64,000 nt of DNA from an uncultured Actinomycetes bacterium (lineage in GTDB: Bacteria > Actinomycetota > Actinomycetes > Mycobacteriales > Nakamurellaceae), in assembly GCA_964624455.1 (NCBI GenBank), contig CAZUXD010000007.1:5126-69125 (forward strand), in the 5' to 3' direction. Position 1 is the first letter of the stretch; each line of letters opens with the position of its first letter. Under the pieces are notes generated by a model. It worked only from the letters and a program-made list of their open reading frames with translations. It was not told the origin of the DNA and made no database searches. Positions 49,175 through 59,105 of the stretch are shown piece after piece. A program made the position numbers and the translations under genes.

Positions 49175-50401
49175 GTGATCGGCGTGCAGGCGTGGCCAGG
49201 TCCGGAGGTGCCCGCGATCCGTGCCCCGTCGGTCGCCCTTCGGCTCTACGACACCGCGGCCCGGGCGGTGCGGCCCACCGCGCCGGGCGGCGTCGCCACC
49301 ATGTACGTCTGCGGCATCACGCCGTACGACGCCACGCACATCGGGCACGCCGCCACCTACCTCGCGTTCGACCTGGTCCACCGCTACTGGCGCGCGGCCG
49401 GGCACCGGGTCGATTACGTGCAGAACGTCACCGACATCGACGACCCGCTGCTGGAGCGCGCGGCGCGCGACGGCATCGACTGGCGCGACCTCGCGCGGGA
49501 GCAGACCGACCTGTTCCGGGCCGACATGGCCGCGCTGGGGATCCTTCCGCCGACCAGCTACGTCGGCGCCGTGGAGACGATCGACGAGGTTGCCGACGCG
49601 ATCGGCCGGCTGCAGGCCGCCGGCGCTGCCTACCCGGTATCGGACCCGGAGTACCCGGACCTCTACTTCGACGTCACCGCCACCGGCCGCTTCGGCTACG
49701 AGTCGGGCTACGACGAGGCGACCATGCTGGCGCTCGCCGCCGAACGCGGCGGCGACCCCGACCGCGCCGGCAAGCGGCAACCGCTCGACCCGCTGCTGTG
49801 GCGGCTGCAGCGCCCGGGCGAACCGGCGTGGGACGCCCCGATGGGCCGCGGCCGGCCCGGCTGGCACATCGAGTGCGCGGTGATCGCGACGAACCGCCTC
49901 GGCGCCCGCATCGACCTGCAGGGCGGCGGATCCGACCTGATCTTCCCGCACCACGAGTGCTCCGCGGCGCACGCCGAGGCGCTGACCGCCGAGCACCCGT
50001 TCGCGGCGCACTACGTGCACGCCGGAATGATGATGTTGCACGGCGAGAAGATGTCCAAGTCGCTCGGGAACCTGGTGTTTGTCTCGCGGCTGGTGGCCGG
50101 CGGGGCCGACCCGACCGCGATCCGGGCCGCCCTGCTGGACGGGCACTACCGGGCGGACCGGCCGTGGTCCGACGAGCTACTGGCGCGTGCGGCGACGCGG
50201 CTCTCGGCGTGGCGGGCGGCGGCGGTCCGTCGGGGGCGGCCCGCCGATCGGACGGTGACGGGGCTCGCGGTTGCGGTCGCCGACGACCTGGACACCCCGG
50301 CGGCGCTCCGGCTGCTCGACGACTGGGCGGCCGATGACGAACTCGACGGGGCGGACGTCGCCCGGGTGGCCGACGCCCTGTTGGGACTGCACCTGCGATG
50401 A
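49175..50401 (+). CDS. mshC: Cysteine:1D-myo-inositol 2-amino-2-deoxy-alpha-D-glucopyranoside ligase (mycothiol ligase)
   Basis: …[28 protein letters not shown]…[15 protein letters not shown]…WHIECA…KMSKSLGN…; this is a CysRS-like class I pattern with MshC-specific context. Confidence 0.9.
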   Translation: MIGVQAWPGPEVPAIRAPSVALRLYDTAARAVRPTAPGGVATMYVCGITPYDATHIGHAATYLAFDLVHRYWRAAGHRVDYVQNVTDIDDPLLERAARDGIDWRDLAREQTDLFRADMAALGILPPTSYVGAVETIDEVADAIGRLQAAGAAYPVSDPEYPDLYFDVTATGRFGYESGYDEATMLALAAERGGDPDRAGKRQPLDPLLWRLQRPGEPAWDAPMGRGRPGWHIECAVIATNRLGARIDLQGGGSDLIFPHHECSAAHAEALTAEHPFAAHYVHAGMMMLHGEKMSKSLGNLVFVSRLVAGGADPTAIRAALLDGHYRADRPWSDELLARAATRLSAWRAAAVRRGRPADRTVTGLAVAVADDLDTPAALRLLDDWAADDELDGADVARVADALLGLHLR

Positions 50402-50421
50402 CGGCCTGCCCGTGAGGCGCG

Positions 50422-51276
50422 TTACCGGGCGCCGCCCGGGCCGGGCCGGCGGCGGCGCAGGTAGCGCTCGAATTCGGCGGCGATCGAGTCGCCCGAAGTG
50501 GGCCGGATCGGCTCGGCGTCGTGGTCGCGTTCCTGCAGCGTGCGAACGTACTCGCTGATCTCGCCGTCCTTGGCCGCGAGCCGGCTGACCTCCGTCACCC
50601 ACTCGTCCGCCTGCTGCGGCAGCGCGCCCAGCGGGACCTCGATATCCAGCACCTCCTCGATGCGGTGCAGCAGCGCCAACGTCACCTTCGGCGATGGCGG
50701 GTCGGCCACGTAGTGCGGAACCGCCGCCCACAGCGAGATCGACGGCACCCCCGCCGCGACCAGCGCATCCTGCAGCACACCGGTGATGCCGGTCGGCCCC
50801 TCGTAGTCGGAGGAGTCGATGCCGAGGCGCTGCGCGGTGACCTCGTCGTGCGCCGAACCGGTGACCTGGATCGGCGTGGTGTGGGCGACCTCGGCCAACA
50901 GCGCGCCCAGCGTCACCACCATCGACACGTCGCTGGACAGCACGATCTGCACCAGTTCGCGGCAGAACGCCTTCCAATGGAAGTTCGGCTCGATGCCGTG
51001 CACCAGCAGCACGTCGTGCGGACGGTCGGCGAGCCGGCAGAGCGTGATCCGGGTGGTGGGCCAGGTGATGGTGCGGGTGACGCCGTCGGACATCGTCACC
51101 GTCGGCCGGGTCACCTGGAAGTCGTAGAACTCCTCCGGATCGAGTTCGGCGAACGGCTCGGCGTCCCAGATCAGGCTCAGATGCTCGACCGCGGCGGTGG
51201 CTGCGTCCCCGGCGTCGTTCCAACCCTCGAAAGCCGCGATCATCACCGGATCGCGCAGCACCGCACGCTCGGTCAC
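50422..51276 (-). CDS. PAC2-family (proteasome assembly chaperone 2-like) protein
   Basis: GTG start. …PVMIAAFEGWNDAGDAATAAVEHL…VHGIEPNFHW…VTGSA…. Confidence 0.8.
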   Translation of the reverse strand: MTERAVLRDPVMIAAFEGWNDAGDAATAAVEHLSLIWDAEPFAELDPEEFYDFQVTRPTVTMSDGVTRTITWPTTRITLCRLADRPHDVLLVHGIEPNFHWKAFCRELVQIVLSSDVSMVVTLGALLAEVAHTTPIQVTGSAHDEVTAQRLGIDSSDYEGPTGITGVLQDALVAAGVPSISLWAAVPHYVADPPSPKVTLALLHRIEEVLDIEVPLGALPQQADEWVTEVSRLAAKDGEISEYVRTLQERDHDAEPIRPTSGDSIAAEFERYLRRRRPGPGGAR

Positions 51277-51622
51277 CGTGCTAGCCTACGTCCGGGCGGT
51301 CCGCCGGGTTGATCACCGGGCAGGGCGGCTGGCGGCATCACGCCACCACCTGCCGGACCGCCCCAGCCGTATCGGGATCGGCCCCCGGCAATCGCCGACG
51401 GCACCGGCAAGACGTGCTGCGGAAGTTCCTGACAACGTCATGGTGATCCGGCCGAGATGGGCCGGCGACCGTGGGCCTTCCACCGGTCGCAGGGTCTGCG
51501 CCGTGGATGCCTTGCCGGGCGTGCGGGGCCGCGGCTCCGACGACGCGCAAGGTTTGACGGACGCGGTCTCCGGGGACCCGCAAGCGTGGGCGCCGTTGCC
51601 CCGCTGTTCGAAGGTCGACACC

Positions 51623-52357
51623 ATGCGCACTTACCGGCGGATCTGGGTCATCATGGGTGCTCTGCTCGCGGTGGGCGGGATCGCCGGTCTGGTCAAGCTG
51701 CAGATCGTGGACATCATCCTGCTGGCGCTGATGTTCGGCGCGCTCGGCGGCTGGCTGTACTCCACGGTTCACCACCGCGCCGATCATCCAGCGGGAAGAC
51801 GCCAGATCGCTCGCGCCGGTGTGGAAGCCGCCGCGGGCGGGGTGGCCGGGGCGGGCCTTATCGCACTGCTCGGTGGCACCGCCTTCCTGCTGCTGGTGCT
51901 CTTCGCCGTCGCTTCGCCGTGGTCGGTGGGCATGTTCCGCAAGGCGGCGATTCGGTTCGAAGGTCGCGAACCCGGCGCCGTGCCGGGTCCTCGGTCGCCG
52001 ATCGCGCAGGCCACGCCGCCGCGCCGGCGCCGGAAGCCAGCCGCCGCGCCGGAGCCGGAGGGTCGCACGGTGCCGAGCGCCCCGACGATGCCGAACGTCA
52101 CGGCGATGACGATCGGCGAGTTGTGCCAGGCATGGCGCCATAGCTTCACCGTGCTGGCGAAGTCCAACGCCGGCGGGCGGCTACGGGTCGTCGAGTTGCG
52201 CCAGGCATGCCTGGACGAGTTGCAGGTCCGTGACCCGGCGGGATTCGCCCGGTGGCTGGGCGCGGGCGCTCGCGCCGCCAGCGACCCGAGCAGGTTCCTG
52301 CTCTCGTCCGACGCGCATTCCGCGGGGGGCCGCACACCGCCAGCGGACGGGGAGTAG
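51623..52357 (+). CDS. Hypothetical membrane protein
   Basis: ATG 51623. Four hydrophobic helices in the first ~100 aa, then a Pro/Arg-rich linker and a soluble C-terminal ~90 aa. No recognisable family. Confidence 0.45.
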   Translation: MRTYRRIWVIMGALLAVGGIAGLVKLQIVDIILLALMFGALGGWLYSTVHHRADHPAGRRQIARAGVEAAAGGVAGAGLIALLGGTAFLLLVLFAVASPWSVGMFRKAAIRFEGREPGAVPGPRSPIAQATPPRRRRKPAAAPEPEGRTVPSAPTMPNVTAMTIGELCQAWRHSFTVLAKSNAGGRLRVVELRQACLDELQVRDPAGFARWLGAGARAASDPSRFLLSSDAHSAGGRTPPADGE

Positions 52358-52526
52358 TGGTCCGGCGGCAGTGCAGCCGATCTCGGCCCCGGTCGTGACG
52401 AAACCCGGTGTGGCGCATCCCGGTGTGATTGGCCCCGTGCTGACGAAGTCCGGTGTGGCAGGCCCGAGATCCGGGTACGTCCCGGGTTGCGAGCCAGGTG
52501 GCTGCCCGCTGTAAGGAGGAACTTTG

Positions 52527-53543
52527 ATGAAGCAATCGCAGGTCGTGGTGATCACCGGGGCGAGTGCGGGGATCGCCAGGGCGACCGCGCAGCAGTTCGG
52601 TGCACGCGGTGCATCCGTCGGGCTGCTGGCCCGCGGCCAGTCCGGGTTGGACGGCGCCGCCAAGGATGTGGAGAACACGGGTGGCCGCGCGCTGGCGGTC
52701 CCGACGGACGTCGCCGAGTATGACCAGGTGGAGTCCGCCGCGCAACGGATCGAGGACGCCTTCGGACCCATCGACATCTGGATCAACGTCGCGTTCACGT
52801 CGGTCTTCGCGCCGTTCATGCAGATCGAGCCGGCGGAGTTCCGGCGCGTCACCGAGGTCGCCTACCTCGGTTTCGTGCACGGCACCCGGGTGGCGCTGAA
52901 TCGGATGGTGCCTCGCGACAGCGGCACCATCGTTCAGGTCGGCTCGACGCTCGGTACCCGCAGCATCCCCTTGCAGTCCGCCTACTGCGGCGCGAAGCAC
53001 GCGATCAACGGCTTCACCTCCTCTGTCCGCATCGAGTTGATGCACCAGGGCAGCAACGTGCACATCACCATCGCGCAGATGCCGGCGGTGAACACCCCGC
53101 AGTTCTCCTGGGTGTTGTCCCGGCTGCCGAACGATCCGCAACCGGTGGCGCCGATCTACCAGCCCGAGGTCGCCGCGCGCGGCGTGGTCTACGCCGCGGA
53201 ACACCCCAGGCGCAAGCAGTACTGGGTCGGCGGGTCCACGGCTGCGACCATCCTGGCCAACAAGTTCGTGCCGCCGCTGCTGGATCGCTACCTCGCCAAG
53301 ACCGGATTCTCCTCGCAACAGACCGACGAGAAGATCAGCCCGAATCGCCGCGTCAATCTGTGGGAGCCGGTCGACGGGCTGGATGGGCACGATCACGGAG
53401 CGCACGGTGCGTTTGACCCGCAATCCCACCGCCGGTCGCCGCAAATGTGGTTCTCCCATCACGCCGCGCTGATCTGCGCGGCCGCGGGGGTCGTCGGCGG
53501 CGGTGCGGTGGCGGCGACCCGCGTAGGGCGTTCGCGGCACTGA
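52527..53543 (+). CDS. SDR-family oxidoreductase with C-terminal TM anchor
   Basis: TAAGGAGGA RBS. …[14 protein letters not shown]…NVAF…GSTLG…YCGAKHAI…. Confidence 0.85.
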   Translation: MKQSQVVVITGASAGIARATAQQFGARGASVGLLARGQSGLDGAAKDVENTGGRALAVPTDVAEYDQVESAAQRIEDAFGPIDIWINVAFTSVFAPFMQIEPAEFRRVTEVAYLGFVHGTRVALNRMVPRDSGTIVQVGSTLGTRSIPLQSAYCGAKHAINGFTSSVRIELMHQGSNVHITIAQMPAVNTPQFSWVLSRLPNDPQPVAPIYQPEVAARGVVYAAEHPRRKQYWVGGSTAATILANKFVPPLLDRYLAKTGFSSQQTDEKISPNRRVNLWEPVDGLDGHDHGAHGAFDPQSHRRSPQMWFSHHAALICAAAGVVGGGAVAATRVGRSRH

Positions 53544-53638
53544 CTTGCCGGCATGGCTGGTCCCGCGGCCGAGGTTGGCTGCCAAGTCGGCCGACGGCGG
53601 CCGCACGGGGGCGGAGTCGGCAGCGGTGACGCGAGGGA

Positions 53639-54136
53639 GTGGTGAGCGAGACAATGGGCCCGCCGTCGATCGATCCGGACGCTGCCGAATCGGTCCGGTC
53701 GCGCCTGGCACAGGTCCGGGGCGAATTGATGGGCGGTCGGGGTCCTGGCGCCGATCCGGCCGAGATCGCGCGGCACACCCGAGATCGCCGAAGGATAGCG
53801 GGCCACGGCGTAACCGCGGGTCTGGCGGCCACCGGGCGGCAAACCGCGGAGGCTCGCGGGGAGACCCAGGCGCTGGTGGCGGCGGTGGCAGAAAGCCGTG
53901 CGGAACTGGCTGTGGCCGTACGAGTCCTTGTCGAGGCCTACAGTCCCGAGCGGACGCTCCTGCGCCTGCGGTGCCGCGCGCGGGAGGCCGTCGCGCGGAT
54001 CGTGGGGCGCGGCGCGGCCGAGTTGGGCCGCTTGCCCACCGCGCGGGTCTGGGCCGGCGCGGTGTTCGCCGTCGGTGCGTGGCTGGCGATCGCGGCATGG
54101 CGTCGGCGGGCCGGAAGGAACCGTCGCTGTCGGTAG
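53639..54136 (+). CDS. Hypothetical protein with C-terminal TM
   Basis: 165-aa ORF with predicted helical content and a terminal TM (VWAGAVFAVGAWLAIAAW). Supported only by codon bias and the lack of a competing gene. Confidence 0.35.
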   Translation: MVSETMGPPSIDPDAAESVRSRLAQVRGELMGGRGPGADPAEIARHTRDRRRIAGHGVTAGLAATGRQTAEARGETQALVAAVAESRAELAVAVRVLVEAYSPERTLLRLRCRAREAVARIVGRGAAELGRLPTARVWAGAVFAVGAWLAIAAWRRRAGRNRRCR

Positions 54137-54207
54137 GCAGGCAGATCCGGTCGGGGCACCTGCATGCCCGGTCCATGCCAGGCGGGCCTTGCTCCCGGTT
54201 CGACCCG

Positions 54208-54465
54208 TCACGTGGCTCGGAGCCGCCAGCGAGCCCGGGTCGACTCGCCCGGATTGAGCCGAATCAGCCCGTCGCCGCTGCGAAACGCGTTGGGTGAGCA
54301 CGTCATCGGCTCGACCCCGAGCCCGGCGCGCCAGTGCGGCACGGGTTGGGTGTGCGCGGTATAGATCTCGATATACGGGTACGCGTCGTCGGTCCACAGC
54401 GCGACGTGTTGCCCGCCCGGGCCGGACAGCTCGACCCACGCCAGGCCTTCGGCGTCGCGGGTCGC
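54208..54465 (-). pseudogene. Aldose 1-epimerase family remnant (C-terminal ~85 aa only)
   Basis: …LAWVELSGPGGQHVALWTDDAYPYIEIYTAH…GLGVEPMTCSPNAFRSGDGLIRLNPGES…W… matches the C-terminal strands of galactose-mutarotase-like proteins. No in-frame start is available. The upstream part of the 320-codon ORF is the out-of-frame shadow of the enolase-family gene. Confidence 0.55.
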
Positions 54466-54572
54466 CGGCCCGGATCCGGAATTGCCGCCCGGACGGCGCT
54501 GCCGTGCGGGCGATGCGCTGCCCGGTCGATCGTTGCGGTCAGGTTCGACATCTCGTTCCGGCGGTGCTGCGG

Positions 54573-55688
54573 TCAACGGACCCGGTAGGGCTCGGCGTCC
54601 GCGCGGCGCGGCGTCAGGCCGAGACCGGGCGCGTTCGGGTCCGGTCGCACCGCGCCGCCCGCCGGGTCCAGCGCGCCGTCGAAGAACATGTCCTCGATGC
54701 GGACGTGGTCGTGGAACCATTCCAGGTGCCGCAGGTTGGGGACGGTGGCTGCGATGTGCGCGTGCAGGTGCGGCGCGCAGTGCCCGGAGATCTGCAGCCC
54801 GAACGATGCGGCGACGGCCGCGACGCGCAGCCATTCGGTGATGCCGCCGCAGCGGGACGCGTCGGCCTGCAGGCAGTCCACCGCACCTGCCGCGCACATC
54901 CGCCGGAAGTAGAACAGGTCGTAGCCGTATTCCCCGGCCGCGACGTCGGGCAGGACGGCGCCCCGCACCTCGCGCAGGCCGGCCAGGTCGTCGGAGGACA
55001 CCGGCTCCTCGAACCAGCGCACGTCGAGATCGGCCGCCGCCCTGGCCACCCGGATCGCCTGCTTGCGCCCGTATCCGCCGTTGGCGTCCACGAACAGCTC
55101 GACGTCCGGGCCGATCGCCTCCCGGGCCTGACCGATCCGGTCGAGATCCCGATCCACCCGGCTGCCCCACGACTCGCCGATCTTGATCTTCACCCGGCCG
55201 ATGCCCTGCTCGTGTGCCCAGCCGGTCAGTTGCTCACGCAACTGGCGCTCGTCATAGCTGGTGAAACCGCCGCTGCCGTACACCGGCACCTCCTCGCGCA
55301 CCGCACCGAGCAGCTTGTGCAGCGGCAGGGCGAGCAGGCGCGCCTTGAGATCCCACAGCGCCACGTCGACCGCGGAGATCGCGTACCCCACCGCGCCCGG
55401 CCGGCCGGCGTTGCGCGCCGCGCGAACCATCGCCTCCCACGCACCGGGAACGTCCATGGCGTCGCGCCCCGTGACGACGTCGGCCAGGTCGTCGTCGATC
55501 ACCGTGGCGCAGCCGGGCGAGCCGTAGGTCCAGCCGGTGCCGACGGTGCCGCCGGAATGCGCCTGGACAAGCACCATGGTGGTGGAGTCCCAGGCAATGG
55601 TGCCGTCGGCCTCCGGCGCGTCGGTCGGCACCGTGTACACCGCGACGTCGATCGATTCGATCGCCGCTTCCGGTCGGGCGCTGGTCAT
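54573..55688 (-). CDS. Enolase-superfamily enzyme (mandelate racemase/muconate lactonizing family; likely acid-sugar dehydratase)
   Basis: 371 aa from ATG 55688: …VDVALWDLKA…KIKIG…FVDANGGY…WFEEP…AAGE…. Confidence 0.8.
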   Translation of the reverse strand: MTSARPEAAIESIDVAVYTVPTDAPEADGTIAWDSTTMVLVQAHSGGTVGTGWTYGSPGCATVIDDDLADVVTGRDAMDVPGAWEAMVRAARNAGRPGAVGYAISAVDVALWDLKARLLALPLHKLLGAVREEVPVYGSGGFTSYDERQLREQLTGWAHEQGIGRVKIKIGESWGSRVDRDLDRIGQAREAIGPDVELFVDANGGYGRKQAIRVARAAADLDVRWFEEPVSSDDLAGLREVRGAVLPDVAAGEYGYDLFYFRRMCAAGAVDCLQADASRCGGITEWLRVAAVAASFGLQISGHCAPHLHAHIAATVPNLRHLEWFHDHVRIEDMFFDGALDPAGGAVRPDPNAPGLGLTPRRADAEPYRVR

Positions 55689-55812
55689 CGCGAACCTCCC
55701 ATGGTGGTCGGCACCGATGCCGGTGCGCGGTCGGTCGGCGCGGCGCGGTGGCTCATGAGCCACCCGCTGACGACGTTCATGGGCCCGATCGTCAGGGTGT
55801 TCGTCGCCCCGT

Positions 55813-57585
55813 TCATGAGGCGCCCCACGGGGCGGCGAGCCGGGCCTGGCATTCCAGCGCGACGGCGTGCACGAATGCCTGCGGAATGTTGCCGCGCAAC
55901 TGGCTTTGCGTCACGTCGAACTCCTCGGTGTACAGGCGCGGCGGCCCGCAGGCGGCATGGTTGCGTTCGAACCAGCGGGTGGCGTCGCTCTCGCGGCCTT
56001 GCTGGTGCATGGCCAGGGCCATGGTGAAACCGCAGAGCAGGAAGGCGCCCTCGGCCTCGCCGAGCGGGCCGGGGTTCTGCCGGAATCGGTAGAGGTAGCC
56101 GCCCTCGTTCAATTCGCGCTCCAGGGCGTGAAGGGTTGCCAGGGTGCGCGGATCGCTCGCGGGCAGGGCGCCGCGGATGGGGGGGAGCAGCAGCGCGGCG
56201 TCCAACCGCTCGTCGTCCGGTGCCCGCTGCCAACGCCCCGACGGATGGGTGGAACTGGCGGCGGTGGCGGCAAGGACCTTGTCGGCCAGGGCGAGCCAGT
56301 CGCCGGTCCGCTCCGTGGGGGCGCCGGCACCGCTGATGGCGCGGAGTCCCGCGACGCAGATCAGCCGGCTCTCGGTCCAGCACCGGTCGTCCAGTTCCCA
56401 GATCCCGGCTTCCGGCTCGGTCCAGCGGCCGGCGATCGCGTCCGCCGCAATCTCGGCGGCGCGCCACGCGTCGGCGTCCAGGTGATCATGCCGGGCGGCC
56501 GCGGCGAACAGCAGCAGGGCCTCGCCGAGCGCGTCCAGTTGGAACTGGGCGTTCACGTGGTTGCCGATGATGTTCGACCCGCCGGGATAGCCGGGCAGGC
56601 GCAGGGGGCTCACGTCGGGGACGGGCCGGCCCTGGACGGTGTAGGCGGGGGTGAGGTGCGGCCCGTCGGCGTGCACCCGTTCGGCGACGAACCGCACCGC
56701 ATCGTCGAGCAGCGGGTGCGGCCCGGCGGCCGCGACCGCTTGCCCGGCGAAGCACTGATCTCGGATCCACACGTATCGGTAGTCGTAGTTGCGGCCCTGC
56801 GAGGCGCGTTCGGGCAGGCTGGTGGTGGCGGCGGCGACCATGCCTCCGCCGGCGCTGGTCAGCCCGCGGAGCACCGCGTAGGAGTGCCGCGCCTGGGACG
56901 GTTCCAAGGTGTCCGCGAGCTCGGGAACCGCTACTTGCCAAGCAGTTTCAGTGGCCTGCCAGGCATTCCCGGCGTCTTCTGGCTGCTTCGGCAGGGCGTG
57001 CTCGCCGACCTCCAGGACGAAGTCGTGATGGTTGCCGGCCGGCACCGTCAGGTCCATCGTCAACGTGCGCTCCGCGCCCTTTCGGCGGCCGGGCCGGGCG
57101 CCGTCGCCGCCCGCCCAGCGCAGGTTCAGCGACCCGCAGCATGCGGTCCAGATCCCGTCCTCGCGGCGCCACTGTTGTGCCGGGTGTTGGCCGTATCCGG
57201 CCCGCGGATCGAGCACCACGTGGACCGTGGCGTCGCCTTGAAGGGCGATCACCCGGCGCAGCACCACGGCCCGGCTCGGCTCGCCGGGGAATGCCAGCGC
57301 CTCGCGGCATTCGATGATCCCGGTCTGGGTGATCCAGCGACTGCGCCAGATCAGCGTGTTGCTCTCGTAGGAGCCGCCCCAGACGAACGGCTGCGTCGGG
57401 GTGATGGCGTAGATCCCGGCGCCGCCGATCAGCGAGGAGAAGACGGCGGCGCAATCCCACCGCGGCGCGCACATCCAGACGAAGTCGCCGCGCGGACCCA
57501 CCAGAATGCCGCGTTCGCCGTCGGCCAGAAGCGCGTATTCCCGTAGCACGTGCGGCGGGTAGTTCGCGGCGTAAGGGTCGCGCAT
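55813..57585 (-). CDS. Glycoside hydrolase family 15 protein (glucoamylase/trehalase-like)
   Basis: 590 aa from ATG 57585 (GAAGGAAA RBS): …REYALLADGERGILVGPRGDFVWMCAPRWD…YDYRYVWIRDQCF…WELD…. Confidence 0.8.
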   Translation of the reverse strand: MRDPYAANYPPHVLREYALLADGERGILVGPRGDFVWMCAPRWDCAAVFSSLIGGAGIYAITPTQPFVWGGSYESNTLIWRSRWITQTGIIECREALAFPGEPSRAVVLRRVIALQGDATVHVVLDPRAGYGQHPAQQWRREDGIWTACCGSLNLRWAGGDGARPGRRKGAERTLTMDLTVPAGNHHDFVLEVGEHALPKQPEDAGNAWQATETAWQVAVPELADTLEPSQARHSYAVLRGLTSAGGGMVAAATTSLPERASQGRNYDYRYVWIRDQCFAGQAVAAAGPHPLLDDAVRFVAERVHADGPHLTPAYTVQGRPVPDVSPLRLPGYPGGSNIIGNHVNAQFQLDALGEALLLFAAAARHDHLDADAWRAAEIAADAIAGRWTEPEAGIWELDDRCWTESRLICVAGLRAISGAGAPTERTGDWLALADKVLAATAASSTHPSGRWQRAPDDERLDAALLLPPIRGALPASDPRTLATLHALERELNEGGYLYRFRQNPGPLGEAEGAFLLCGFTMALAMHQQGRESDATRWFERNHAACGPPRLYTEEFDVTQSQLRGNIPQAFVHAVALECQARLAAPWGAS

Positions 57586-57601
57586 GATGGTTTCCTTCGG
57601 G

Positions 57602-59092
57602 TCAGATTCCAGCGGCGTTGGCGTAGAACTGCTGGTCTTCCCGCCAGCCGCCCATGCCCATGCCGATCGCCCCGGTGTCCGTGACGAATTCGATGGCCTG
57701 GACCCACTTGACCATCTTGAAGCCGAGCTGAGTCTCCAGGCGGACGCGGACCGGGGCACCGTGCTCGATCGGCAACGGGGCGCCGTTCATTTCCAGCACG
57801 AGGATGGTCTGCGGGTTCCTCGCCAGGCGGATCGGGACGGAGCCGTAGAAGTGCCCGTACCGGCCCTCGCCCTCGGTCAGGCCCTTGTCGTCCATCGCAT
57901 AGAAGACGACATGCTTGGCGGCGTCCATCGGGCCGACCGCGTCCAGGAGAAGTGCCAGCGGCACACCGCCCCATTCGGCGATGGCGGTCCACCCCTGGAT
58001 GCAGTTGTGCTTGGTGATCTGCTTGCGGGTACCGAGTGCGCGCAACTCGTCCAGCGACAGCGACCGGGGCCGGCGCACCAGGCCGGCGACCGCGAGCCGG
58101 TAGTCGGCGAACCCGCCTTCGGCCAGCTTCGCGTACTCCTCGCCGGTCGGGGGGTATCCGTTGACCCGGTGGTAGGGCGAGATGTCCTTGCGGCGGTAGT
58201 GCTGCCGGGAGGTGGCAGCCCGGGAGACCATCCGCACGAACGGGTTGACGATCCTGCCGAGCAGCCTCTGCGCCGCGCGTCGGTGGCGCAGGGTGAACAC
58301 GGTGACCGCCACCTGGAACACCAGGGTCGCGAAGATCCCCAGCAGGCCGACGGCCAGCGCGAGCGTGCGGTTGCCGTGCACGTCGGCCAGCACGATGGCA
58401 GCAAATTCCTTGGGCACCCCGTGGACGATGACCATGAACGTGTGCAGCGCGGTGAAAGCGGCGAACGCGCACAGGCCCAGGAAGTGCAGGCTGCGGGCCC
58501 CCTGTTTGCCGCCGAAGAGCTTGCCGTAACGGGGGAACCGGGCCAACACGGTCGGGGACATCGCGGCGCCGGTGAGGATCTGGAACGGCGCCAGGACGAA
58601 GATCAGCAGGAAGTACGTCAGCTTCTGGGCGGCCTCGAACGGTTCGCCGGGGATCTTGGCAGGGATTTCGAAGTGCAGGTATGTGCCGACCGCACGGATC
58701 GAATCCGGCACGATGGACCAGTGGGTGGGGATCAGGTAGTGCCAGTAGCCGCTGACGAACACCATCACGATGTACGCGGTGCCGGTGGGGATCCAGAACG
58801 GCACCGTCATGAAGTGCCAGTGCCGGCCGAGGCCGAGGTTCTTGCGGCCCGGCAACGCGATCACCGGCGACCAGGCGGCCTCCTCGTCCAGCGAACTCCA
58901 TGGTTTGCGGGAGTCGGCGGCATACATCTTCTTCGACAGGCGCAGCCATTCCCGGCCGGGCGGGCAGTCGTCATGCCAGTAGAACTTGGGGAACGAGGAC
59001 AGCACCTCCAGACCGGATCGCGCCATGAGCAGCAGGAAGAAGATGTTCAGGAAGTGGGTGACGACTACCCACCACGGAAACAAGGCTGGCAT
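57602..59092 (-). CDS. Cytochrome b-like membrane domain fused to a molybdopterin-dependent (sulfite-oxidase family) oxidoreductase domain
   Basis: The N-terminal ~300 aa has 5-6 TM segments with conserved His. The C-terminal part (…KHNCIQGWTAIAEWGGVPL…NGAPLPIEHGAPVRVRLETQLGFKMVKW…) is typical of the YedY/MsrP-like Moco domain. The start is ATG 59092 (or 59158). Confidence 0.7.
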   Translation of the reverse strand: MPALFPWWVVVTHFLNIFFLLLMARSGLEVLSSFPKFYWHDDCPPGREWLRLSKKMYAADSRKPWSSLDEEAAWSPVIALPGRKNLGLGRHWHFMTVPFWIPTGTAYIVMVFVSGYWHYLIPTHWSIVPDSIRAVGTYLHFEIPAKIPGEPFEAAQKLTYFLLIFVLAPFQILTGAAMSPTVLARFPRYGKLFGGKQGARSLHFLGLCAFAAFTALHTFMVIVHGVPKEFAAIVLADVHGNRTLALAVGLLGIFATLVFQVAVTVFTLRHRRAAQRLLGRIVNPFVRMVSRAATSRQHYRRKDISPYHRVNGYPPTGEEYAKLAEGGFADYRLAVAGLVRRPRSLSLDELRALGTRKQITKHNCIQGWTAIAEWGGVPLALLLDAVGPMDAAKHVVFYAMDDKGLTEGEGRYGHFYGSVPIRLARNPQTILVLEMNGAPLPIEHGAPVRVRLETQLGFKMVKWVQAIEFVTDTGAIGMGMGGWREDQQFYANAAGI

Positions 59093-59105
59093 CGGCGCGG
59101 CCCGC

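Noticed and set aside
50401-50422. Rho-independent terminators at convergent gene ends (mshC/PAC2, ftsY/SDR, imuA'/lectin gene).
   Set aside because: Only short (4-5 bp) GC stems without U-tracts were seen, for example GGCGC-N8-GCGCC at about 50417-50434. That is not convincing.
54466-55170. Full-length 320-aa ORF 54208-55170(-) as an intact aldose 1-epimerase.
   Set aside because: Only the C-terminal ~85 aa resemble the family. The remainder is out-of-frame overlap with the well-supported enolase-superfamily gene (54573-55688).
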